Notes: generated by a model not told the origin, from the letters alone. A stretch of DNA of 64,000 nucleotides from Ministeria vibrans ATCC 50519 (GCA_943704425.1 CALSCP010002411.1:21806-85805); one strand, 5' to 3'; positions 1-12,330 are shown, numbered from the stretch's first letter. Numbers and translations: made by a program.

Positions 1-120
1 TATGTGTGACAGTCAACAACCGCCGTCTCTGCGACAGTGTGCATGTGCCTTTTCCAGTGCTGTGCGAGCGATCTCCTTAATCGCTCTCTTACCTTTTGCC
101 GTCTTTGCTCATTCCTCCAG

Positions 121-2241
121 ATGGCTCGGAATACCTTCTCGATCTGGGCTTCTCTGCCGCCGTCATTGGAGGCCTTGTGCTTCCCATCCTGGGCGCAGTC
201 CCCGATGCCGCCATTATTATCGTTAGGTGCGAAACGAGACGCGATCAGCAGACACATAACAACACACTCACTCACTCAAACTTTCACACTCACTGCGTAG
301 TGGAATTGGCCCGGACGCCCAGACTCAATTGTCTGTTGGTATGGGCACGCTGGCTGGGTCGACCATTATGCTCCTGACTATCCCGTGGCTCGGTAGCCTG
401 CTTCTTGGACGCTGTGACTTTGACGAGAATGGTGAGGCCATCGACGAGACGAACAAAAAGGGATTTCACTGGACCGAGACGGGCGTCACCGTCCTGCCCG
501 ATGTCAAGGTATACTCGTGTGTTCCCAAATGCTTTTTCTCACACTCCTTTGTAGACGGGCGTTCTCATCATGCTTGTGACGACCATGCCTTACTTCATCG
601 TGCAGGGTGCCGACTGGCACTACGGACCCACACAACCCACAGACGTACCGCAGCCCGCGTACATCCGACAGGCTGCCCTCGCAACCATGGTCTTCTGCTT
701 CCTGGGTTTCTTCGGCTACTCCATCTACCAGGTGGTCAATGGCATCGTGGGCGAGCGCAAGGCCAAGCTGCACGCTGAGGCCAAGAAACGCGCCAACTTT
801 CAAGTGGTCCTTGCGTCAATGTACATGGAGAACCTTGTCCGCAAGCGCAAGGGCCCTCTTAGCGAGCCCCTGCTCGGTGCCGATGGCAACGACGAAGAGG
901 ACCCGGACCATCCAGGTTCAACCAAGCGCGCCACGTCTGCGGCACGCAAACTTGGCCGCGCCTGGAAGGTCACCAGCAAGGCGCCGCAGTCGGCCTCCAT
1001 CAACGACGAAGCTGCCAGCGGCGACCCTGTTCCTTCCGCTGCCGCAGTGGAGTCGCAAGCAGAAAGTGCAGAGGAGCACGAAGGTAGGCACGCTCTCCTG
1101 CATACATAGTACATGACGCTCTCTCTCTCTTTCTCCTATTGTCCCTTCCGCAGAGCCCCGCTGGAAGATCGCTTGCAAGAGTGCGGCGTATTTGGTCGTG
1201 GGCGTGGGTCTTGTGACCATCTTCAGCGACCCCATGTGCGACGTCCTCACCGCCATCACCGACACCAACAACCACTCGTACATTCCCGTACCTGCCTTCT
1301 ACGTCGTACGTCCACTTCCACTTTTCACCCTTGTTTCTTTTGTTTGCTGATTCTTATTTTTTTTTTCGTCTTCTTTCTTTTATGTTCTTTTCAAACGAAA
1401 CAACAACAAACACATACATAGTCGTAAGTGTCTCTGTGTGTATCACTATAATTATCTCTCTTTATCGTTTTCCTAATTCTTTATGTTTAGGTTCATTGTC
1501 ACTCCGCTCTGTACCTAAACCCGCCACTCTCATCTCAATGCGTCCGTACTAATCCTCTCTTTTATCTCTATTTCTCTCTCTCTCTCTCTCTCTATCGCTT
1601 TGTTTTTCTCTCTCTATCGCTTTGTTTTTCTCTCTATATCGCTTTGTTTTTCTCTCTCTATCGCTTTGCTTTTCTCTCTCTATCACTGTTTCTCTCTCTC
1701 TCTATCACTTTGTTCTTTCTTCCTCCTCCTCTCTCTCTCTATCACTGCGTTTCCAAATTCTCTATTATTTTCTTTCTTTCTCTTTTTTTCGTTTCTTAGG
1801 CAGTAATGCGTCTGAGCTCATCTCCTCACTGATTTTTGCTGCCAAAAAGAAACGGGAAAACATCTCAATGACATACGCACAGCTGTACGGAGCAGCAACG
1901 ATGAACAACACACTGTGTCTGGGAATCTTCATGGCCCTCGTCTACTTTAAGGTATGCGTGCAATTGTTTGTGCATGAATATATTTGGTTGGAGCTTAAAG
2001 GGATGTCTTAGAATCTCTATTGGGACTATAGCGCTGAAGTGTTGGTAAGAAATCGTCACACGCACATGAGATGGTACTGACTCACACGAAAAACCAGACA
2101 ATTGTGCTGTGCCAGTTCATCATTGGGTTCATCGGGTTCCGCAAGACGTACAAGACGTACCTGGGCTTCATTGTCATTGGCGTGTATCCCTTTGCTATTA
2201 TTCTCGTTGCTCTCCTTGAGAATGTCGCTGGCTGGCAGTAG
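121..2241 (+). CDS. NCL/EF-CAX-type Na+/Ca2+ (cation/Ca2+) exchanger, 5'-partial, multi-exon
   Basis: Spliced exons give GSEYLLDLGFSAAVIGGLVLPILGAVPDAAIIIV, LSVGMGTLAGSTIMLLTIPW and SNASELISSLIFAAKKKRENISMTYAQLYGAATMNNTLCLGIF...WDYSAEVL. These match the alpha1/alpha2 repeats of plant NCL-type exchangers. Stop TAG at 2239-2241. Confidence 0.88.
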
Positions 2242-2304
2242 GCCACTCACTCTTTTCTTATAATTATTATTATTATTAAACAGACCTTTTTGAGGGTTTT
2301 CACT

Positions 2305-3596
2305 TCACTTGCCCATTTCAATGATAGTCTTGACCATTTCTGGCGGTGGGTTTGCCGCAAATTCAAATGCTTCGACGCTCTTCGAGAAGGGATATCTAAA
2401 GAGCAGAGCACGTCAGTCCCCCCCTCTTAATTAATCATGCTGGCAATAGTGGCTACCTGTGCGTAATCAGGGGCTTCAGATTAATCTTGCCCGAGCCCAT
2501 GAGATTGAGAGCGCGGTCGTAAACATTGGCATAGCGAAAGACACTTGTGATGTTAACTTCCTTGCACTGGGCGGCGACCACGTCGAACGCAATGGGCGCC
2601 TGAGGCATGCCGACGAGCACAAGGGCACCGCCGGGCCGCACGTAGTCTAGCATGGTTGCACACGCCCGCTCGTTGCCCGAGCACTCAAAGACCACGTCCG
2701 CACCCCAGCCCCCTGTCATTTGCTGCACAATCTCGGGACCGTTCTGTTTGAGCGAATTGATGGGTGTGATAGGCCCCATTTTCGCCGCAAGGTCCACCTT
2801 GGTCTGTTGCACGTCGACAATCCACACGTCGGCACAACCACCGGCAATGGCCGCCAGGGCCGTCACCATACCAATGGGACCCGCCCCAATAACCACCGCA
2901 CGGTCGCCTGGCGACAGACGTGCCTTAGCTGCACTGTGCATACCCACTGCCAGTGGCTCGACAAGCGCCGCCTCCTCATACGAGATGTTCTCTGGCAACT
3001 TGTATGTATACGTAGCGGGGTGTGTGACGATGGGTCGCAGACACCCGTGCACCGGAGGGGTCGCCCAGAAACGCACGTCTGGGTCCACATTGTACATGCC
3101 AATGCGCGACGAGCGGCTGTGCGGGTTCGGAATGCCCGGCTCCATGCACACCCGATCGCCCACCTTGAGGTGCTGCACCGACGCACCCACCTCGACCACT
3201 TCGCCGCTCGCCTCGTGCCCCAAAATCATTGGGTCGCGCACCACAAAGGGCCCAATAGCGCCGTGCAGGTAGTAGTGGACGTCCGAGCCGCAAATGCCCA
3301 CCGAGGCAATCTTGATGCGCACATCAGTCGGCTGAGTTCAAACGAGACAGATTGGCTGTGGATGAACACACACAAACACACAAACACACACACACACACA
3401 CACACACACGATGCAGGGCTGCATGCCCGCCACCCCAGGGTGGTCTGTGTACCGACATGGCATCGTCGTTGACGTTAATGTCGCGCAAGGACAGTGCGAG
3501 TTTTTTCTCCAGGACCAACGCCTGTGTCGATGCCAGGCGCATTTGCACAGTGCGCAGTGATCGGGGGACCACGGTTGCAACGAGAGATCGCAACAT
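2305..3596 (-). CDS. Zn-dependent polyol (sorbitol/xylitol) dehydrogenase, MDR family, with N-terminal mitochondrial-type presequence; 3 exons
   Basis: [26 protein letters not shown] and the Rossmann motif VIGAGPIG. Exon 1 is [24 protein letters not shown]...; the last exon is [29 protein letters not shown]. Confidence 0.93.
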
Positions 3597-3713
3597 GATA
3601 CAGAGGATCGAGCGAGGAGTGAGAAGAAAGAAAGTGAGTGAAAATTGAAAAATTACAATTCAAAATATCAATTATCCAATAATTTAAATTGTATTCGTAC
3701 GGCGCACCAGCTC

Positions 3714-4891
3714 ATGTTGTCCCAGTGGTGTCCGAGGATCTTGCTGGGAGTCGCTCTGGCCAGCGTGGTCTCGTTGGCCGCAGCGTCGTCGTTTCCGCCT
3801 CACATTCTCTACGCCGAGCGAACGACCCTCTCCCACGCCGCCATCGAGGACGCCCACTTTCGTACACGCCGCGCCGCTGCTGCAGGCGCCGTCGTACCTC
3901 TGGAGTTCTCTTTCACCTCCTTCAATCGGTATTAAGAAAAATAATTATAATAGTCAGTCTCGCTCTCCTTTTGACCACTCCCTCCTTCCCCGTTGCACCC
4001 AGATCGTTCGCACTGCACCTCGTGCCACACGCGACACTCTTTGGCGACGCGGCACGCTTCACGGTGCACCGGGCCAACGCGTCGAGCCACATCGCGTACG
4101 ACACATCTCGCTTCTACAAAGGCCACACACTGTCGCCCGAGACGCGCCAGCCACAGGAGGGCGCCGTCGCGTACGGGCGAGTCCGTGTGGGCGGTCGCTT
4201 CGACGGTGCCGTCCATGTGGACGGTCAAATTTACTATGTTGAACCGGAAGAAGCGCAAGACACAACAACGCACCTTGTCTATCGGGCCTCCGACGTAAGT
4301 CGCGAAAGTGTCGCCAATGCACGCTGCGGTGCGGCCGATGCAGCGACCAGCGACGATACGTTCAATGCCTTTCCCCATCCTCGTCATGATGTCCTTTCGT
4401 TTGCGTCGAATCTCGAGCGTCGCGCCGTCTCATGCAACAGCAATGTTAATGCGGCCGCGTCGTACTGCTCGCTCGCGCTCGTCGCCGACGCCACCTTCTA
4501 CGCCAAGTACGGTACCGAAGCGGGCGCCATTGACAAGATGATCTCGCTGGTGCAGGGCGCCGAGGCCATCTACCAGGCGACAGCATTTGGCAATGGCGCA
4601 CCGCCTGTCGGCTTCTACGTCGTGCACGTCACCGTCTTCACCGACGCCTCCACCTCACCAGGCGACGCCATTCCCTTGGGTACCGACGTCACCACAACTC
4701 TGCAGAACTTTGCCATTTACGGCGCCTCCAACGAGTTCAACGACGTCTGTTTGGGCCATCTCTTCGTCGACCGTGACTTCTCTGGTGTCCTTGGCCTTGC
4801 GTACGTTGGCAGCACCAGCTCTCTCGGTGGCGTCTGCCAGAACCGCGCCACCCTTTCCTACGGCTCCGCCAACACCAACACGGGACTCACC
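3714..4891 (+). CDS. ADAM10/ADAM17-like (M12B reprolysin) metalloprotease, N-terminal part only (3'-truncated)
   Basis: Signal peptide, prodomain (FDGAVHVDGQIYYVEP), Cys-switch-like ARCG, basic site LERRA and catalytic-domain start (CSLALVAD...CLGHLFVDRDFSGVLGLAYVG...GGVC...NTGLT). Intron 3929-4002. No HExxHxxGxxH found downstream. Confidence 0.8.
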
Positions 4892-5332
4892 GTACCAACC
4901 AACCCTTAAACATTGCTATTGTGATACCCATTCCTCTCCTGTTTTTGTGTTTATTTTGTTTTGCTTTTTTTTTTTTTTTTTTTTTCTTCTTTCTCTTTGA
5001 TTGAGTCAATGAAAATAACGATGTGGGAACAAATGAGGCTTGTGCAATGGCACGATGATGTTGAGTGTGTGAAGGAGGGCGGGGACGGCAACGACTACAC
5101 CGTACCCAAATGCCCGTCTGTGACGTTTGGAGACACCCAAAGCGAGCGATGGCCTCCTCTTCGTCTGGGACAGGCTGGGGAGCCATGGCGATCAACAGGG
5201 AAGAGGAGGGGAAACAAAAATAATTGACAATTACCCATTCTACTCAATGATCAGTCTGCCGGAAGTTTACTTATTTTTCTGTCCTTTCAATATTAATTTT
5301 CTTATTCTTCAATCTTCATTCATCAAAGAAGT

Positions 5333-7809
5333 ATGCCTCACACAACAGTGGACCCGTTGACTCCGCTCGAGGCGGAGTCTGTTGTGCGCAGTTTAGAGAA
5401 ATTGCCCCTAACTGAAGTGGGATCGACGAGGTACTCATTCTGTTGATTTGATGGCGTCGCATGGCCTCTTTCTGTACGAGCCTCACGCCGTGTATGAGTG
5501 TGTGATTGTCTCACTGTCTGACTGTTGGTCGGTGAATTTTCTTCTCTTATCAGCTATGTTGTAAACGATTGGGATATTGGTTCGTTTTGGTGTTGTCGTG
5601 GCAACGACTCTTCAACGACTCCCCCTCTTTGTGTGTGTGTCTCACACAAGTGCATTCTCTCTTCGTTTGAAATTCCAGGTGGATTAGCCAACATGAGCGC
5701 GTCGAGCGGCTTAATATTCAGGTGTGCACAGCATTGTACGAGCGTCATCTTCGATCTGTGTCACTTAGAATCGTTCGTTTATTTTTTATATAGGCTCATG
5801 TTAACGCGCATAACAACTCCGACGAATTTGTGATGAGCTCGATTGTATCGCATGGCAAACTTGAGACTCTCGTGTATGATTTGATCGTGGCTGAGCTGTG
5901 GCGAGTGCACGTCTATCCCGAGCTGAGAAGGTGTGACTTTGCCAACGATAACACTGTCATGCCGTACATGGTTCTCTATCACGAGGTGACGCTCTGCAAT
6001 CTGCTGGAAACCATCATGTATTACGGAGAGACGTGCGCCGATGCAAGCACCGATGCACTTTTAGAGCTGTGCGACTACTGTGTGCGGCAGTGTGATGCAC
6101 TCGTGGTGCTGTGCGACAAGTCGGCCATGACCACCCATGCCGAAGAGGTGCATGCAGTCGACCCTGTCCATGCGAGGGCCTTGTGTGACGAGCCCACTGC
6201 AGAGGAGTACTTAAAAATGAGTGCCGGTGAGCAACTGGACACCCAAGCGCGTCAAATTGCGTACACCACGGCGATTGGTGCGTTGTCGCTGTTGCGCTAT
6301 CTGACCAGCCATCTCGCGAGCACGCCACTTACAGTGGCCACGCGACTTCTTCGCACCCACGATTGCATTGCCTGCCTTGTACGCGTTACTGACATACAGC
6401 CCTGGTCGTGCACCGGCTCTAATGGCAAGCTGTACAAGTACTCGGATGGTCGCTGGACTCTGGCTCCCGGTGTGGAGCGTCTAAAGCTCTGCAAACCAGA
6501 AGCCCAGGTACATATAAAAACGTATTAATTTTGTGTTGTTTCATGCATGATAATAATAATTTAATTTCCGCATATCATTAATGACTATAACTATATTATT
6601 AAGACGTATTATTGTTATAATATTTTTATAAATTATTATTGTAAACAAAAATAATAATAATTATTATTATTAATAAATAATAAAATTTAAAGAATTGTTT
6701 CGCTGCGTGTGCAATCCATATTTCTCGTCTTGAAGTCTACGGCAGAAGTATTGTGCTGCTCTTTGTGTGTTTATATAGTTTTGTTTTGACATTGAGTACA
6801 GCTCTCGATTCTCTATTTATTTTATAATTATCGTACACTAGGTCTGGTTGGCACTGGTGACGCTACTTCTAGGTGAAATTGGACAACGTACGTACATGTA
6901 CAGCTCCTACAAGAAGGATCAGGTAAGAAGTAGTATGCGCATGCCGAGGATTTTATTTATAATTAGGAAGACGTTTATACTAATCATCGAAGTCAAATAG
7001 GTCTTGCGTTTAAAAGGACACATCAATGACGTGATGCTTGATCAGTTGCCCATACTAAGTACCACATCTGATCAGCTTTAATTTGGTACTAGTGTGGGTT
7101 TGTCTTGTTAACATTGTACTCTGACACGCAGGCGACCTGCAACGGTATCTGGGCAATCTGGCGTTGATGGATCCGCCAGCACCCTCAAGTGACCTTATCA
7201 TCGAACAGCTCTCGTCTATGCGGTCCGCGCTGCTCGAGCAACACCGTGCGCACTGGGCCGACATTGCCGAACGCCAGCTTGCCCACGTCTTTCGTTTGTC
7301 CTCCGAGCAACAACAACAGCAAGCAATTAGGTGAGTATGATAATGAGATGAGACTATAATAATATTATTATTCGTACTTCAAAAGAATAATAAATTTTAT
7401 AATAATAATAATAATAAATAAATTATTACTATCATTAATTCGACGTCTTATTTATTACAATTATTCTTCATCCCACATGCACTCACTATTTATTTTTCAT
7501 ACGAATCTAATTTAATAATATTATTATAATTATTATGTTCTTCATGCAATGAATATTAATTTTTCGTGTTGTCGCTTTTGTTTGTTCTTTTCTCTGTATC
7601 ATTAATAAATGGGTTGTATTCTCTTGCGTAGCCTATCTGCCGCATATGACCTTGACGCGCTCTCTGGTCTACTTCCAAATGATCCTCGATGTTGTGTCTG
7701 TGGCGAGCCAGCCGCAAAGCGCTGCTCTCAGTGCAAACAAGTCTGGTACTGTGGTCGCGAGTGTCAAGTTGGTGACTGGCCCTCGCACAAATCTGCGTGT
7801 TGTCAATGA
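5333..7809 (+). CDS. ZMYND10: Zinc finger MYND domain-containing protein 10 (axonemal dynein assembly factor)
   Basis: Exons give PLEAESVVRSLEKLPLTEVGS-WISQHERVERLNIQ-A, YMVLYHEVTLCNLLETIMY, EAQVWLAL and the C-terminal MYND finger CCVCGEPAAKRCSQCKQVWYCGRECQVGDWPSHKSAC. Canonical splicing throughout. Confidence 0.93.
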
Positions 7810-8891
7810 GTTAATAGTTATGAGTGTAAAAGAAGTGGAAGAAGAATAATAATACATGAAAAAGAAGAAGAAGAAGAATACAACCCATAAAAAGAAGAAA
7901 AGAGTAAAATGTTTCCTTCTTTTTATTCACTCATAATTCATAGTCAGTCACAACAAAGAGCGACAACGCAAACAGCTCAAACCCATTTTCCAACAACAAT
8001 TTCATGCTACAAGAGCCGAAGAGCGTCAAGACTCAAGACTCAAGAGAGAGCGGAGACAGGCTGGCTGATGAAATACTACCGATATCATTTTATTCGCTGG
8101 AGGACTCACAGGAGAAGCGTACGTTCTTTCTACGTTCTTCAACCGTACAGCGCCGTTCACCCAAAAGCACGCTTTGCTACTTGTTAGGACCGAGGCGTTC
8201 TTCCAATTATTGCAACGAGTGCAAAAAATGGCGCACGTGGCTGCTCTTGACATAGAATGAGAGTGATTTATGAGACGCTTTGTGTGTAACGCTGAATGAC
8301 TTCAAAATAAAATTGAATCAAATTGAACAAATTTCAATCAATTACTTCTCTGCATTTCGCGTGCCACATACACTCTCCCACTATCCGTATTAGGTCAATA
8401 CGCAACGGCCTTTGGTGTCAGTACAAGCGCGTCAAGGGGTAAGCATAAGCTACACAATCCGCTCTGCACTGCACTGCACTCCTCTGCCTTGCCTTCCCCT
8501 CCCTCCCTACGACGTCCACACGCTGCAGTCGGGGGGCGTCTCAACATACCACGGCCATTCCAAGTGTGCATGGCCGTCGGCTCTTGCTATCCCAGCAAAA
8601 TATTGCTCAGCAAAAGAGCGGAAGGAGACGAAAAAGAAAAAAGAGAGAAAAAAGACAATACCTGCCAAGATCGCGCGCCTCGTCTCATGGCGTTCTCTGC
8701 ACGGCATTGCACTGATGGGTGCCTGTTTGAAGCAGTGTGGTGTCGTGAAAGAGGCGCATGCTTCAACAAAGCTGTCGAAATGCTCAAAAGAAGAAAGTGA
8801 AACGAAGAGCAAAACACGTCGCACCGGAAGACACGGGAGGGTCCCGTCGCCTGGCCACCACCACCTCATAGGGGAATTGGCGTGAACAAAA

Positions 8892-9376
8892 CTAAATGGC
8901 CTGCGAGAGGAGCAGTAGCTTATGAAGACAAAAAAAAATGCTCTGCTACACATTTTTTTTTTCTGACGGCTTATTGATTTTCGGGGGGGGGTTTTTTTTT
9001 TTTTTTTTTTTTTTTTTTGGTTCTCTATTTAGATTGCGAGAAAGGAAAGAAGGCGGGAGTTACCAGCATGGCGCCCGGCAGGGTGCGGACGAGCTTCTTG
9101 GTGAAGACGCACTCGCGGAGCTCTTCGCCGTGGCTGATGGGCTGGAAGCAGATGGGACAGGTGCCAACGCCGTCTGGATTGGCCGCAAGCCAGGTGTGCA
9201 GGTCGAACGACTGCCGATGGTCGCAGTGCGTGCCCTTGACCGGGATCTCGACAATGCGCCCCGTCGTGGGGTCCGTTAGGTCCATTCGTTCCGCTGCAAA
9301 TCACATAAACAACAGTCAGATGCGCTTCGCCCGTTCCTCTGCTCGCGCGCCCCTTACAGTTTGCATTCTCATCCAT
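8892..9376 (-). CDS. Small (~85 aa) stand-alone SP-RING/MIZ zinc-finger protein (SUMO E3-like)
   Basis: Three exons splice to MDENANSERMDLTDPTTGRIVEIPVKGTHCDHRQSFD...TCPIC...AMLAI*, with the zf-MIZ pattern IPVKG-x2-C-x-H-x-Q-x-FD...CPIC. Confidence 0.7.
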
Positions 9377-9523
9377 GGTGGGCGAATCAGCCACAGCGAG
9401 CAGCACGAAAGAATAATTGTAGAAAAAATCAAAAAAATCACAATTCACAAACCGACAACGAAAAGGCGAAATGATTAGAACATTTTAATTTTTATAATAA
9501 TAAAGTTATTATTATTTTGCCCA

Positions 9524-11618
9524 ATGAGTGGATGTAGCGAGCAAACCGAACGCACCTGCGTGTCTCATGGCGACAGTGGTCCCGCGACTGTGGCGACCGA
9601 CCTGGTGAGAGATGCGCTGCGGGCGGACGGAGTGAAACTGTGGCTGCCGCCATACACTCCCGCCCAGGCCACTGCGCACACGGCGCTTGCGTCGGCCTTT
9701 GCCGAACGGCTTGCACTGGATAGGGAGGTTGTGGTGGCGGAAATCGAATCGCTGCGTCTGGTATGTGTGTGTGTGTGTGTGTGTGAGTGTGAGTGTGAGT
9801 GAGTCGTTGCTCAACCCAACGGCATAGCATGCTCTCGCGAAACTCGCCAAGCGTCGCCAGATTCAGGTGCATCTCAAGTGTGCTGGTGAAGTGACCGCCG
9901 TGGTGCCGGAGCTGACGGTGGATGCGGACGCTGTGGACGGCTACACCGCGTTGCGTTCGGCATTGGCAACGACTGTCGATCTTGCCACGCGCACGAGCAC
10001 CAGCACGAGCACGACGACGGCGGTCGAGGTGCGCCTCGTCCACGCTGGGCATCTTGTGGAGACAACGCGGTCGTTGCGCGAGCAGGGGTTCAGGACAGGA
10101 TCGCGTGTGATTGCGCTTGTGGCACGATCTGCAGATGGAGGCGGTGCGCAGCTTCACGCACGAGTGGCGCGTGTGAAACAGGCGGCCGAGCGACTGGCGC
10201 GAGGACAACCAAAGCGCTACGATGCGCTTGAGGACGAATCGACCGACGACGACGAAATGACCGAAGCGGAGCTCGAGCTGACGGACCAGCACGGACGACC
10301 GGTGCCTATTGGTCGTCGCGCCCGACGTGACCTGGTGTTGGCCATGACATTGCAAGACAAGGGGCAGCAAACGTGTCGTGACGGCAACTATGCCGAGGCA
10401 CTCTTGTATTTCCTTGAGGCCGACGAGGCCTTTGGGCGGCTGCCGGCAGAGCTTGAGCTACTGACGCTCATTGACAATGTTGGCATTCTGTACTTGGACA
10501 TTTGCATGCTCTACTTGAAAATGGAAAACCTTGAGGCGTTGCCGGACGCGCGCGAGCGTCTGTGTCGCGCGGAGATGTGTTTGACGCGCTGCTACGGGTC
10601 AGACTTGGACATGACACGGGCGCGACGCATCCACGGCGATGGTGCGGGCGAGTCGGCGCCCGAGCTCGCGCTCTTTGTGCGTCTGTATGTTTTGCGCGGC
10701 GCGCTCGACTTTCACGCCGGGGACATTGCAAGTGCCATTGCATGCTTTGACCGGGCGGCGTTACACTTGCACTCTCTTGAAGTGGACCCCGAAGCGCACG
10801 CTCAGGTGTGCGAGTCCACGGGCTGCACCAGTCGGCATGCGCGCATGGCATTGCGTGCGTGCGCCGGCAATGTAGCAGCGGCCGCATCGCATGTGCTTAC
10901 GGAGCGTGAGAAGCGGCGGGCAGGCGCCGAGGAGGCCCGCAAACAGCGACGCGAACGACGACGACGTCGACGCATAGGCGTGACAGCCAATGGCAAGCGC
11001 ACAAGTGTAGCGGTTGTGGATCGATTGGTGGCTCTTGGCTACTCGGCCGAGCTTAGTGTGGTCGCTGTACAGCAGTGTGACAACGACCTTGACGCAGCAT
11101 TACATCTGCTCAACAACGAGCCGGCCTTGCTCATTGCGGCACTCGACAACACCGACGCAGCAAAGCGTCGAACCAAGTCGAACACGGCGGAAACGAATGA
11201 CTTTGCCGACAAAGTCGTTCAGCTATGTACCATGGGATTCGAGGCGGACCATGCTCGGGCGGCGCTGATGGAAGCGCGTGGCAACGTTGAGAGCGCCGCC
11301 ACGCTGCTTGTTGATGGGTTTCAGGCGCCTTGCAACGTTGGTGCTGACGATCTTTTTCGGGAGGGCGCAGCGATCGCTGGAGGAGTAGAAGAAGACGACG
11401 AAGATGACGACGACGAAGAAGAAGACGAAGAGGATGAGGAGGGTGACGAGGAGGAACGTGCGGCACGTCGCGAGCGAGACGAGCAGATCATTCAAGAGGA
11501 GATTGTGCCTGCATTGACTGGTGATGCTGATGGACATTTAGATAGTGAGTGTGACGACGAGCGGGCGATTCTTGAGCGATATCGCGCTCTGCTTCAAGCT
11601 TCAACTCGCAATGAATAA
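9524..11618 (+). CDS. NUB1: NEDD8 ultimate buster 1 (UBL + UBA domains)
   Basis: UBL-like N-region; NUB1 core LELTDQHG...LVLAMTLQDKG...LEADEAF...DNVGILYLDI...LFVRLYVLRG; UBA repeats (LVALGYS, LCTMGF...ARGNVESAA). One intron at ~9761-9827. Confidence 0.9.
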
Positions 11619-11687
11619 ACAAGTTTTTTTTTTTTTTGGGGTGTGTATTGTTGGTAACTGATTGACATTTGGTTAGAACATTGCGAG

Positions 11688-12302
11688 ATGTTTTGTGTTG
11701 TAAGATACGGCGATAAGCAGGTACCATTTAAAGTGGTGCGTCGCCATGGTTACCAAGGATGTTTTAGTCTCTGTTGGTGAATCCACAGTGTAGTGTACCG
11801 GCGCTTCTTCGACACATGAAAGACAAATGCGGAGTGCCGCCAGAGATTGAGGTGCAAATGCAATGAGGACGGCACGGGGCGCAAATATGTCACGGCTAAC
11901 GTTTTGCAGATTGATCTTGCAGAAGAACAGACGGGCACAGTAAAGGATCTGCAGAACAAACGTGACTTGTACGCGGATGAAATGCTTATCACACGAACGG
12001 TATACGTGCTGGTGGCGGTTCAAGCACGCGACGAGGGCGGCGACGAAGAGACGCACCGCAAGAGCAAGAATATATTTTTGCCGCTCCTTGCTGACTACTC
12101 GCTCGCCTGTCGGCTCGACAAGGGCAAGGGGCGCGCTCGAAAACAACATTCGCATGGGCAGGCGTTTGCCAAGGACGGCAATGCCAGCGATGATTCGTCG
12201 TTTGCGCGCGGAACCCGTCGGTCGCGACCCTCTTCCTCCGTCTCAAGCAAACGACCTGCTTCGAAACATTCCACAAAGCAGTCTTCGCCAAAAAAGCAAT
12301 AG
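11688..12302 (+). CDS. CXorf65/C22orf15-like small protein (family associated with ciliated organisms)
   Basis: Three exons: MFCVVRYGDKQ-SLLVNPQCSVPALLRHMKDKCGVPPEIE-IDLAEEQTGTVKDL...YADEMLITRTVYVLVAV. Resembles CXorf65 (MFIFIKHGDNQQFLVNTNC...IDLCEQTG). Confidence 0.7.
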
Positions 12303-12330
12303 GAGATCAGTGTATTTTGAGGGGAAGAGC

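Noticed and set aside
7900-8890. Short ORFs on both strands between ZMYND10 and the SP-RING gene
   Set aside because: No recognisable motifs or consistent exon chain; may be UTR or non-coding.
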